This document shows, piece by piece, positions 51,035 through 59,718 of a stretch of 64,000 bases of DNA. Each line of letters starts with the position of its first letter. The first letter of the stretch is position 1. Source of the stretch: a virus (lineage: Duplodnaviria; Caudoviricetes); the IMG/VR virus record IMGVR_UViG_3300032007_000001; one strand, given 5' to 3'. The position numbers and the translations under genes are program-made. The notes beneath the pieces are model-generated. The model did not search any database. It was given only the letters and a program-made list of their open reading frames with translations, and was not told the origin of the DNA.

Positions 51035-52045
51035 ATGTCTAAAATAATATATAAATCAGAAATGGTTGGTGGACAAGCTATTGGAATCCCAATAGGGTCT
51101 ATCATACCTTTTTCATCAAGCTCAACTCTCCCCAATGGCTTCCTTGCTTGTGAGGGACAGGCTATCTCAAGAACCATGTATAAAGATTTATTCCAAGTCA
51201 TCGGGACTATTTATGGTGAAGGTGATGGAAACACTACTTTTAATATTCCTAATCTTTCAAGTGGTGAGTTCCTTGAGGGTTCTACTGTTGCTGGTGTGAG
51301 TAAGAGCGCAGGGTTACCGAATATTGAAGGTAGCGCACGCAATAGTGGCTTTGGTGTTATCGGAAATGCAAATGGAGATTCAACAGGGGCTTTTACAGCA
51401 GGACCTTCACCATTGCTTTCTTATCCAAGCGGTGGTAGCGGTAATCTATATTCGTTGACTCTTGACGCTTCTCGTTCTTCCGAAATCTATGGCGCGTCAG
51501 ACACTGTCCAACCTAAATCTGTAACGGTTCATTACATAATCAAAGCCTTCGATGACATAACTCCTAATAGTGCTTTATTAGACGTGACTCAGTATGCTTC
51601 TGATCTCGCTAACAGAGCTTCAAGGTCATTAGATAGCCTAACTCCAGAAGGTGAAGACCACTTCCTCGAACAGGACTTTACCATCATCTATCCGAACGGT
51701 GGGAGCGAGGGAAACCCTGCAAATGTAACAACTAATAGCCGATACGTTGAAACAAATCCTTTCCCTGGATATGCTATCGCATGTGTGCTTGAGGTCAAAT
51801 ATAACAACGAATGGGGACGTCCAGGTAGCCTTATTTCTGAATGGGGTAATGGTTCACAGAGAAACTTTTATCGTGGTGTGGACGCTATCCAGTTAAATGA
51901 CAATAATATTATCATACAAACCGCAACTGATAGTATTATGTCTCCTGCGAATCATGGGCTTGCCCCCTTTAATAATTCTGACCATGTTACTACATTACCT
52001 TGTCGCGTTAAGGTATGGAAAATCGGGAAAGTTGTAAGGACATGA
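51035..52045 (+). CDS. Tail fibre protein with one collar domain
   Basis: Collar, GLPNI...LDAS tip, IIYPNGG...PCRVKVWKIGK. Confidence 0.85.
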   Translation: MSKIIYKSEMVGGQAIGIPIGSIIPFSSSSTLPNGFLACEGQAISRTMYKDLFQVIGTIYGEGDGNTTFNIPNLSSGEFLEGSTVAGVSKSAGLPNIEGSARNSGFGVIGNANGDSTGAFTAGPSPLLSYPSGGSGNLYSLTLDASRSSEIYGASDTVQPKSVTVHYIIKAFDDITPNSALLDVTQYASDLANRASRSLDSLTPEGEDHFLEQDFTIIYPNGGSEGNPANVTTNSRYVETNPFPGYAIACVLEVKYNNEWGRPGSLISEWGNGSQRNFYRGVDAIQLNDNNIIIQTATDSIMSPANHGLAPFNNSDHVTTLPCRVKVWKIGKVVRT

Positions 52046-52066
52046 AAATATATATGGTGATACAAT

Positions 52067-53824
52067 ATGACTATTAGTATAAATGATATAATCAATTATG
52101 GAAATGCAAAATTCAAAGTAGTAAAAACAGCTACAAGTAACGATATAAATTTTGTTGTTGATAGAATCAATGCAATCGACAAAAACAGAAAAAATTCAAC
52201 AGTATATTCATTAGGAGATATTGCTTTCTCGCCAAACCTACCGTCCTCGCTGTTGCTTGAATGCACGACAGCCGGAACGACGGCAGCAACAGAGCCAGAT
52301 TTTTCAGACGCAGCAGAATGTGGTACGGTCAACGACGGAACGGCTGTCTGGACATACAAGAAACTTCTGAGCAGTGGTGGTAGCGCAGGCGGCGACGGTA
52401 TCCCGCTCGCGGCAATCATTCCGTGGGATAGCGACAGCAACGTAATTCCGCCCGGATTCTTGGAGTGTAACGGTCAAGCTGTATCGCGTGCCGATTACGC
52501 TGACCTTTTTGGCGTAATCGGCACGAAGTACGGTAGCGGTGACGGCTTGACCACGTTCAATGTTCCCGATTACACGGACGGCGTATTCCTTGAAGGTTCG
52601 GACACTGCGGGAACGGAACACGCTCCGGGTTTGCCGAATATTGAAGGCGAGTTTGCCAGTGTTTTTTATAACAATTATGTATATGGAACAGGGGCATTTG
52701 TGAAAGGAGAAGTACACGGCAATCTCGGCGGCGGCGGCGTAGACGGATATAAAATGTCATTTGATGCTTCACAGTCTAACGCCATCTATGGCAACAGCGA
52801 TACCGTCCAGCCGAAATCCTCGACCACGCGATACCTCATAAAATTCATTCCGTCTGTCCCCGAATCCGAGGCAAGCGCGGCGGCATCTGCATCTGTGGCA
52901 CAGGCGGCGGCACAGGCGGCTGAATCCTACGCTGGGAGCGCTGGTATTCCTGTGAGCACTATGTTCCCGTATGCGGCAAACTCTGTCGACCCGCCAATGG
53001 GTTATCTGTTCTGCGATGGTAGCGCTGTTAGCCGTACCATGTACCCTGATTTGTTTGATGCCATTGGAACGACATACGGCACAGGCGACGGCTCTACGAC
53101 GTTTAATCTCCCGACAGCAAACGACGCGAGATATCTAGTCGGTTCGAATGTAGCTGGTACGATGCTGGCGGCAGGCGTGCCGAATATCGATGGGAATTTG
53201 GCAATCGACGCAAATATGCTTCACCCAACAAATAGTCTATGTGGTGCTTTTTATTCCGAAAGTACGCCTTCACAGGGAACGTGGTCTGCACCAACATCTT
53301 ACAGCGGAAATAGTTATTCTGTAAAATTTGACGCCTCTCAATCCAACGCCATTTACGGCAACAGCGACACTGTAACGCCGAAGTCTTTGTCTACGCGCTA
53401 TATCATCAAGGCGTATGACGGCGTAACTCCAGGTAGTGCTGGCATTGACTTGACGCATTATGCGTCTGCACTGAACTGCAAAGCAGACCGAGATTTGAGT
53501 AATCTTAGTAATGCTGGTAAGGCAAAAATTTCTTCTGATAATTTTCTTCCGGCGTATAATTCAATAATATCCATTACACAACAACAAATACTTGATGGAT
53601 ATACTGCACCTACGAATGGGTTTGTTATTTTATCCTTTTCATTATACGACAATGCTATATTAACTATTGATAACATACCTATTGGCATTGGATATACATA
53701 CAATGGACAAGAAGTTGACCCATCCACTTTTTTAATTTCCGAAGGAGAAGTTATTAAAGCGTCCGCAATATCTCTGTTTAGGTCTGCAAATTTTGTTCCT
53801 ATGAAAAGCGAGGTAAGTGTCTGA
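52067..53824 (+). CDS. Tail fibre protein with two collar domains (paralogue of 47142)
   Basis: Shared N-terminus, two collars and tips, different C-terminal domain (YTAPTNG...FVPMK). Confidence 0.88.
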   Translation: MTISINDIINYGNAKFKVVKTATSNDINFVVDRINAIDKNRKNSTVYSLGDIAFSPNLPSSLLLECTTAGTTAATEPDFSDAAECGTVNDGTAVWTYKKLLSSGGSAGGDGIPLAAIIPWDSDSNVIPPGFLECNGQAVSRADYADLFGVIGTKYGSGDGLTTFNVPDYTDGVFLEGSDTAGTEHAPGLPNIEGEFASVFYNNYVYGTGAFVKGEVHGNLGGGGVDGYKMSFDASQSNAIYGNSDTVQPKSSTTRYLIKFIPSVPESEASAAASASVAQAAAQAAESYAGSAGIPVSTMFPYAANSVDPPMGYLFCDGSAVSRTMYPDLFDAIGTTYGTGDGSTTFNLPTANDARYLVGSNVAGTMLAAGVPNIDGNLAIDANMLHPTNSLCGAFYSESTPSQGTWSAPTSYSGNSYSVKFDASQSNAIYGNSDTVTPKSLSTRYIIKAYDGVTPGSAGIDLTHYASALNCKADRDLSNLSNAGKAKISSDNFLPAYNSIISITQQQILDGYTAPTNGFVILSFSLYDNAILTIDNIPIGIGYTYNGQEVDPSTFLISEGEVIKASAISLFRSANFVPMKSEVSV

Positions 53825-54168
53825 TGTATGCAAAAATAATAAATGAAACAACAAAAGAGTGCCAAGTCGGCATTGGAACTAATACTGCGTTTTATAAGTC
53901 GCTTGGTATGCGAGACATAGAAGTGGAACGTGGGATAGATGGCGCATGGTATGTAAAAGGATACGCGCTGCAGAAGTTACCAACAGACGAACTTCTTGCT
54001 AAACTTGACACAGAGTACACGCGGCAGAAAACCATGCTCATAGAACAATTTACAGACGATACACTTCACAATGACTCTGAAGCAATAGAAGCAGATAAAG
54101 CCTCAATGGCAGAACTCGATGCTTGGTATGATACTGAATATCAAAAACTTCAAGAAAATGAGAAGTAA
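53824..54168 (+). CDS. Tail fibre assembly-like protein
   Basis: Overlaps fibre stop; DGAWYVKGYA and shared C-terminal helical domain. Confidence 0.65.
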   Translation: MYAKIINETTKECQVGIGTNTAFYKSLGMRDIEVERGIDGAWYVKGYALQKLPTDELLAKLDTEYTRQKTMLIEQFTDDTLHNDSEAIEADKASMAELDAWYDTEYQKLQENEK

Positions 54169-54170
54169 CC

Positions 54171-54305
54171 ATGTCTATTGTAAAGAAGTGTTGTATTTTT
54201 TGTCGAAAAGAACTTCGTGAAAACAGTACATGCCAGAATCCCGAATGTGTTCGTTATATTCCAGACGAGAATAAAGAAACATCTTCAGATAAAGAAGAAA
54301 AATAA
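54171..54305 (+). CDS. Small Cys-rich (zinc-ribbon-like) protein, 44 aa
   Basis: Hand translation MSIVKKCCIFCRKELRENSTCQNPECVRY...; CxxC-x9-C-x4-C. Confidence 0.55.
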   Translation: MSIVKKCCIFCRKELRENSTCQNPECVRYIPDENKETSSDKEEK

Positions 54306-54402
54306 TAAATAGAATAATATTTACAAAATAAAAATTTTCAACTTAAAAAATCATCTTCTTATATTTTATATATGAAATAAAAATTAAAGAAGGTGATATA
54401 CT

Positions 54403-55011
54403 GTGATATGGTTTCCTTATGCTATTCTTAATTTTATCGTTATGGTTTTTTGTTATTTAACGAATTGGTTTGTGTGTTTATTTGCAGATGAATGTGGTGA
54501 ATTACCTCATATCTTTAGAATGTGGCAAACATGGGATGATTCAACAGATTGCGGATTCTTGGTCAAAACAGTTGTACCAAAATTCTTAAGATATGATTTC
54601 GATAGACACTATGAAGAATATGAAAGTACAACACCAGATTTAGAAAAAGTTGGCAGAAAACGTTGGTTTGTAAGACTTAAAGACCCAAATTTCACAACAA
54701 AAGAAAAAATACAAAGATATTTCTGCAGAGTATGGTGGTTAACTAGAAATTGCAGTTATGGATTTGCATTTTGGTGTTTTGGTTTTATTGTCGAACCACA
54801 AAATATGGTATGGATAAAATATACTGATGACTATCGTTTGGGATATGATAAATCGAGAAACATTTTAATTCGTCCATGGGTATTGAAAAGCAATAGAAGA
54901 ATCAATAAATATATGATATGGGAAGTTTTCCTTGGTTGGAAAATTTCAAATGAACATGATACTCCAATGCAATGCATGATAGCAACAAGACCAACAATTA
55001 GATTTGAATAA
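54403..55011 (+). CDS. Trp-rich phage protein with N-terminal hydrophobic segment
   Basis: WQTWDDS.D, RY..RV.WL.RN..YGF and LGWK motifs; GTG start after AAGGTG. Confidence 0.65.
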   Translation: MIWFPYAILNFIVMVFCYLTNWFVCLFADECGELPHIFRMWQTWDDSTDCGFLVKTVVPKFLRYDFDRHYEEYESTTPDLEKVGRKRWFVRLKDPNFTTKEKIQRYFCRVWWLTRNCSYGFAFWCFGFIVEPQNMVWIKYTDDYRLGYDKSRNILIRPWVLKSNRRINKYMIWEVFLGWKISNEHDTPMQCMIATRPTIRFE

Positions 55012-55014
55012 ACG

Positions 55015-55042
55015 AAAGAGTGGAGAGATTTCTCCACTCTTT
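55015..55042. terminator. Intrinsic terminator between convergent genes
   Basis: AAAGAGTGGAGA / TCTCCACTCTTT. Confidence 0.75.
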
Positions 55043-55077
55043 TATAAAAAATTAAATTTCTCTATTCTACAACGTAA

Positions 55078-55251
55078 TTACCTTAAATCACATGTTCCCC
55101 AATTTCCTCCAGCATTATCACTAGAAGAATCAGTTGCGCCATAATCACTATAAGTATTATGGTTTCCATACCAAAGTGGGCCTTCCCACACTTTTTTATG
55201 TTTTTCTTTTTCTTTTTTCTTTAAGCGTTTTATTACTTTTTTAGATTCCAA
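55078..55251 (-). CDS. Small basic-then-polar protein, 57 aa
   Basis: Hand translation MESKKVIKRLKKKEKEKHKKVWEGPLWYG...; TTG start after AAGGATG. Confidence 0.45.
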   Translation of the reverse strand: MESKKVIKRLKKKEKEKHKKVWEGPLWYGNHNTYSDYGATDSSSDNAGGNWGTCDLR

Positions 55252-55302
55252 ATTATCACATCCTTAGTTCATTATGGAATCACAAACAATAAAATTGCAA
55301 TA

Positions 55303-55818
55303 TTATTTAATTAAATCAATCTTAAAATTATCTGGCCATAATTTAATATAATATGAAATGCGAGTTTCGCAAGGTTCTTCATGTGTATATGAACGTTCTT
55401 CTTCTTCATCATATTCTTCTACTTCATATGTATCTCTTTCAATATCATATGTAAATTCATGCTGTTCCAAACCTTCACCAAAACCGTCACTGCATTGACC
55501 TTCAATCCAATCTTTAAGTTTTTCAATTTCTTGGTCATTTAAGATGCGATTTGTTGTTACTGTGGAAATCAATTTACCATTTTCCAATTTCATCGAAATA
55601 CCAGTAGCAAAATCAAAATCATCTCTAATAACTTCATTTAAGTATTCAACATCTTCACTTTGCATAAATGCGTTCAATTCATCTTCATCAAACTTAGAAT
55701 AATCTTCTTCGTATGCATCTTCTTCACCAGTTTCTTGGCAATAAGATTCAACATTCATAACATAATTACTTTCAAAAGTATAAACATTGTTTTCTGCTTT
55801 TTTAATAAGATGTTTCAT
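55303..55818 (-). CDS. Acidic hypothetical protein with MKHLIKKAE leader
   Basis: GGAGG RBS; motif WIEGQCSDGFGEGLEQ. Confidence 0.65.
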   Translation of the reverse strand: MKHLIKKAENNVYTFESNYVMNVESYCQETGEEDAYEEDYSKFDEDELNAFMQSEDVEYLNEVIRDDFDFATGISMKLENGKLISTVTTNRILNDQEIEKLKDWIEGQCSDGFGEGLEQHEFTYDIERDTYEVEEYDEEEERSYTHEEPCETRISYYIKLWPDNFKIDLIK

Positions 55819-55860
55819 TGAAAAAATCCTCCATTATAACTTAAAAATAAATTATATCAC

Positions 55861-56682
55861 TCAATAATGTATATTGCTTGATTTATTGTTATCTTTATAT
55901 TGAAATACTGGTCTAAAAGACGATAAATAATCGAATTTTACAGTTGTTGATTGTTGATGTTTAGCATGATTAGATGAAGAACTAGCTGTCCAATTATAAG
56001 TTAATGTGTATGTATCTTTTAATTTCGCAATTGTTTCTTTTTTAGTACAGTTTGTTAAAAAAGATTTTTGCTGATATTCATAATACTTAAATTCCATGTT
56101 TGTAATGTTCTTTACCCAAAAATCTCCAATTATGTTAATTCCTAATAATAGCTGTTTGGCTGGATATGAATATGTGCATATATTACTGTTAATATTATCT
56201 TGTAAACAATTTGCAATAACATTAATAGTATATTCATATGATGTTGTATTTTCTTTAGAAACATTCCCATTACAAAGACTATTTCCGTATTCCGGATATT
56301 TAGCAATGATACTATTTTTATTTTTCATAATATTCCATCCAGCCGATGTCATTGGATTTACAACATTATCGTTTCCTCTTCTATACATACCAAAAGCACA
56401 GTAAATTGAATGTGATGGCGTAATAGCAAAATTCCAAACAGCATCGTTGTATTTTGTTATTGACCCGTTTAATGTACTATTTATTAAATATTTTTCTAAT
56501 TCATCTTTAGATAAAATTCTAACGTTTATTTGATTTACTGAAAAAGTGTCTTCGTCACTATCAGCTTCTAAAAGTGTATCTAAGGCGTTTTGTATATTTG
56601 GATTAGATGTGTTATATCCATTAGAAGATAAGATATCTAAGATTTGTGTTTTAACTTCATTAATTGTAGAAATAGGAATCAC
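55861..56682 (-). CDS. Variable-core paralogue 5 (RILS/NSTLNG...FRPVF family)
   Basis: VRILSKDELEKYLINSTLNGSI...AVW and SFRPVFQYKDNNKSSNIHY. Confidence 0.75.
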   Translation of the reverse strand: MIPISTINEVKTQILDILSSNGYNTSNPNIQNALDTLLEADSDEDTFSVNQINVRILSKDELEKYLINSTLNGSITKYNDAVWNFAITPSHSIYCAFGMYRRGNDNVVNPMTSAGWNIMKNKNSIIAKYPEYGNSLCNGNVSKENTTSYEYTINVIANCLQDNINSNICTYSYPAKQLLLGINIIGDFWVKNITNMEFKYYEYQQKSFLTNCTKKETIAKLKDTYTLTYNWTASSSSNHAKHQQSTTVKFDYLSSFRPVFQYKDNNKSSNIHY

Positions 56683-56692
56683 CTACTTAAAT

Positions 56693-57358
56693 TTAATAAT
56701 ATATATTTGTAGACTTTTTATTATCTGCGAAATTAAAAACTGGTCTAAATGAAAGATTTATGTTAGCTGTAACGATAGTATAGTAATCTCCCCATTTTCC
56801 TCGCGCATATACTTGTGCCGCTTCTGCATTTACATTCAATGTTTTGTCTGCGTATTGAGTTACAGACTTTGTAGCAATATTACCTGATGATAAATAAGAC
56901 CCTTGACTTGCACTACTATAACATTTCAGAAGTATGTTTCTTATTATTGAATATTTGAATTGTTTATTTTGGTTATGAGATGATAATTCTCCATACATTT
57001 CAATTGTATATCTAGCATAATGAAGATAAGTAGACTGGTCAACATAATTAATAGCGTATGTGATTGATGTGTCTTGACTATATCCTGGATTTGATTGTCA
57101 AGCACCGCATGCACTATATGTATTTGGTTTATCATCATAATGTCACACATTAATATTTGTAGCACTAATACTTCCGTCTAATGTACTATTTTTTATAAAT
57201 TTGTCATATTCTAAATTAGACAAGGTTCTAACGCTAATAGAACTTTTTTTAATGGCAATATCATTTTTTTGCAAATCGGTCAATTGGTTTTTTAACGATG
57301 AATTTAAGTCAGAATTAATAGGCCGAGTATATAATTCATCTGAAATATAATGTGACAT
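56693..57358 (-). pseudogene. Variable-core paralogue 4, interrupted by two in-frame TGA codons
   Basis: Single frame of 222 codons; TGA at 57143-57145 (aligned with W of paralogues) and 57098-57100; ends SFRPVFNFADNKKSTNIYY. Confidence 0.75.
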
Positions 57359-57370
57359 ATTGACCTTTCA

Positions 57371-58084
57371 TTATGAAAAAATATTAGTAGACTTATTGTT
57401 ATCCACATATAAAAATGCTGGTCTAAAAGAATTATGGATATTATAAGTGTGAGTTATTGTCCATTGGTTATGACCATTATTATATACATTGGTTGGTCCA
57501 TATTGATTAGAAAACGTTGCGATTGATTTACTTATATTTTGCAATTTAGAAAAAGTATGAAAAAAAGTATATGTGCTATAGTCGTAATAGCCGTAAGAAC
57601 CCTGATATGTAAATACAAAATCCGTAACCTGTTCTATTGGAAAATATGCTATACCCGTGTTAGATGTATTATTTGAAAGAATTTCACTATATATGGTAGT
57701 TGATGGAATTGTCATTTTTATACCATTTCCAGTTGTATCTCTCAATACAGAACTAACAGGATAATGTAATTTTGATGCTATACTTGCATTACAATCATTC
57801 CAATGATTCTGACTTGCATAAGCATAATGTAAGCCTCCAGCAAGCCCTTGGTAATGCCACACATTTATATTTTTCTTTGTTACAGAACCATTAAGCGTGC
57901 TATTTACTATATATTTATCATATTCGCTTAAAGATAAAATTCTAACAAAAATTGAATTATAATTAAGACTTATTTCATCACTGGTTTGAGAATTTACGAT
58001 TAAATCTCTGGATTGTTGAAATTCTTCAAGTGTATTCGCATTTATCAGTTGATTATATAATTCATTTGAAATAACATAAGACAT
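57371..58084 (-). CDS. Variable-core paralogue 3
   Basis: VRILSLSEYDKYIVNSTLNGSV...NVWHY and SFRPAFLYVDNNKSTNIFS; ATG 58084 after AGGTG. Confidence 0.75.
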   Translation of the reverse strand: MSYVISNELYNQLINANTLEEFQQSRDLIVNSQTSDEISLNYNSIFVRILSLSEYDKYIVNSTLNGSVTKKNINVWHYQGLAGGLHYAYASQNHWNDCNASIASKLHYPVSSVLRDTTGNGIKMTIPSTTIYSEILSNNTSNTGIAYFPIEQVTDFVFTYQGSYGYYDYSTYTFFHTFSKLQNISKSIATFSNQYGPTNVYNNGHNQWTITHTYNIHNSFRPAFLYVDNNKSTNIFS

Positions 58085-58089
58085 ACATT

Positions 58090-58911
58090 TCACCTAAAAA
58101 TATTATCTGATTTATTGTTATCCTTAAAGTTGAAAACCGGACGGAAAGACGGCATATATCTGATATCATAATTATAGTTAAGTGGATAATGTGAATAAGA
58201 ATAATAAGGCTCAATATAAAAATTATATCTTTTAGCTAAAACAGAATTTTCATTTGTTTTATTAGTAAGTATTATAACTTCCTTATCAGTAAGTTTATAA
58301 TAAAATCCACTTAAATTTAACTTTGTATTCTCATCTGCTCCTCCGACGCCATATACAAATTCAAAATCATAAGTATTGTCTCCACCTACACTATTTTGCA
58401 ACAATGTATTATTTTGTAATAAACTTGTGTAAATTATAATATCAGAAATTACATTATAATCAGATATATAACCATACCTTCCATAATCAACCTGATAACG
58501 TGTTCCCCCTATTTCTGGATTACATACGAGAACCTGTTGATTTACATGCGATAATGCTATTTTAGAGTCAAAGGGGAATTTTACAATATAATTGTTGTTA
58601 TTACACACTCCGCCTTGTTGTTTTGCATTTGACTTGCGTGAAAGTTGGAAAAAAGCATAAAAAACACCCTTAATTTTACCAGTATACTGATAATGAAAAA
58701 CTTCGTTGTTACCAGCTAGAATAGAGCCGTTTAATGTGCTATTAAATATATATTTTTCATATTCTTCTTTAGATAATATTCTTATAAGAATTTTATTGTT
58801 TAAATTCTTATTATCTACATTAGAATTATTATTTAATATATCTAATGCTTCTTTAGATATTAAAGAAGCAAGATTATTATATTGTTCATCTGTTAAATTA
58901 ATTGTTTTCAT
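58090..58911 (-). CDS. Variable-core paralogue 2
   Basis: IRILSKEEYEKYIFNSTLNGSI...VFHY and SFRPVFNFKDNNKSDNIFR. Confidence 0.75.
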   Translation of the reverse strand: MKTINLTDEQYNNLASLISKEALDILNNNSNVDNKNLNNKILIRILSKEEYEKYIFNSTLNGSILAGNNEVFHYQYTGKIKGVFYAFFQLSRKSNAKQQGGVCNNNNYIVKFPFDSKIALSHVNQQVLVCNPEIGGTRYQVDYGRYGYISDYNVISDIIIYTSLLQNNTLLQNSVGGDNTYDFEFVYGVGGADENTKLNLSGFYYKLTDKEVIILTNKTNENSVLAKRYNFYIEPYYSYSHYPLNYNYDIRYMPSFRPVFNFKDNNKSDNIFR

Positions 58912-58922
58912 ATTATATCAAC

Positions 58923-59596
58923 TCAATAGCAAATATTTTGAGATTTATTATTATCTTGATAAGTAAAAACTGGACGGAAACCCAATATAATATCATATGT
59001 ATAATAAGGGTCCATATTTAACCCAGTGTATTTTGGTGTTCGTTGATTTAAGTTTTTTATAAAATTTTTATTGGCTTGAAACGAAGTTTCAATATTAACA
59101 CTGTGATATTTGTCTTTACCGTAATAAGTTGGGAAAAAATATCTATAACTGATTTTTTTGTTTTTCTTGATATACAATTATTATTTTCATTATTTTCACT
59201 TAATTCATATATAAATACTAAGTGACCAAAAGCTCCTTTTATATCACTTGTACGTATTCTATAAATATTAGGATTATTATATAATTTACTATTGTGTGCA
59301 TCCTTGTCACCAGTATAGTACCATACAAGTGCTGACGCACCATCTCTATCACAAAAATGAAATACGCTATCGCTTCGTTTGTTTATTGCGCCATTACAAG
59401 TGTTATTCATTAAATATCTATCATATTCACTATTAGATAAAATCCTAATTGCGAATATATTATTATTTAATTTTTCATTATTGTTCTCTTTAAAAGAAGC
59501 AATAAATAAAGTTTTACTTTCTTCATTAGAAAATGAAGAAAGTAATTGGTTATATGTTTCGTTTGAAATGTTTGCCGTATACGACACAATCATCAC
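58923..59596 (-). pseudogene. Variable-core paralogue 1, split by a single-base frameshift
   Basis: ORF 59057..59596 has IRILSNSEYDRYLMN; overlapping ORF 58923..59177 has GFRPVFTYQDNNKSQNI; total 674 nt, one short of in-frame; A7 and T6 runs in overlap. Confidence 0.7.
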
Positions 59597-59718
59597 CAGA
59601 AAATATTAGTTAATTTATTGTTATAAACTACATCTACTACAAATGGATGTACCACAACACCCTCTATCCCATAGCTATAAGCTAAGCATTTAGAACTACT
59701 TTTTTGTAGAATTTTCAT

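Noticed and set aside
44899-54168. Invertase-driven tail-fibre shufflon
   Set aside because: All cassette genes are co-oriented with their own starts; no recombinase or inverted crossover sites were recognised in the window.
57098-57109. CxxU selenocysteine motif (TGC GGT GCT TGA)
   Set aside because: The other TGA in the gene aligns with Trp, the downstream hairpin is weak and no Sec machinery is seen; likely coincidence.
55861-59596. Complete diversity-generating retroelement at the paralogue array
   Set aside because: No reverse transcriptase and no near-identical repeat pair differing only at adenines were seen; the cores differ wholesale.
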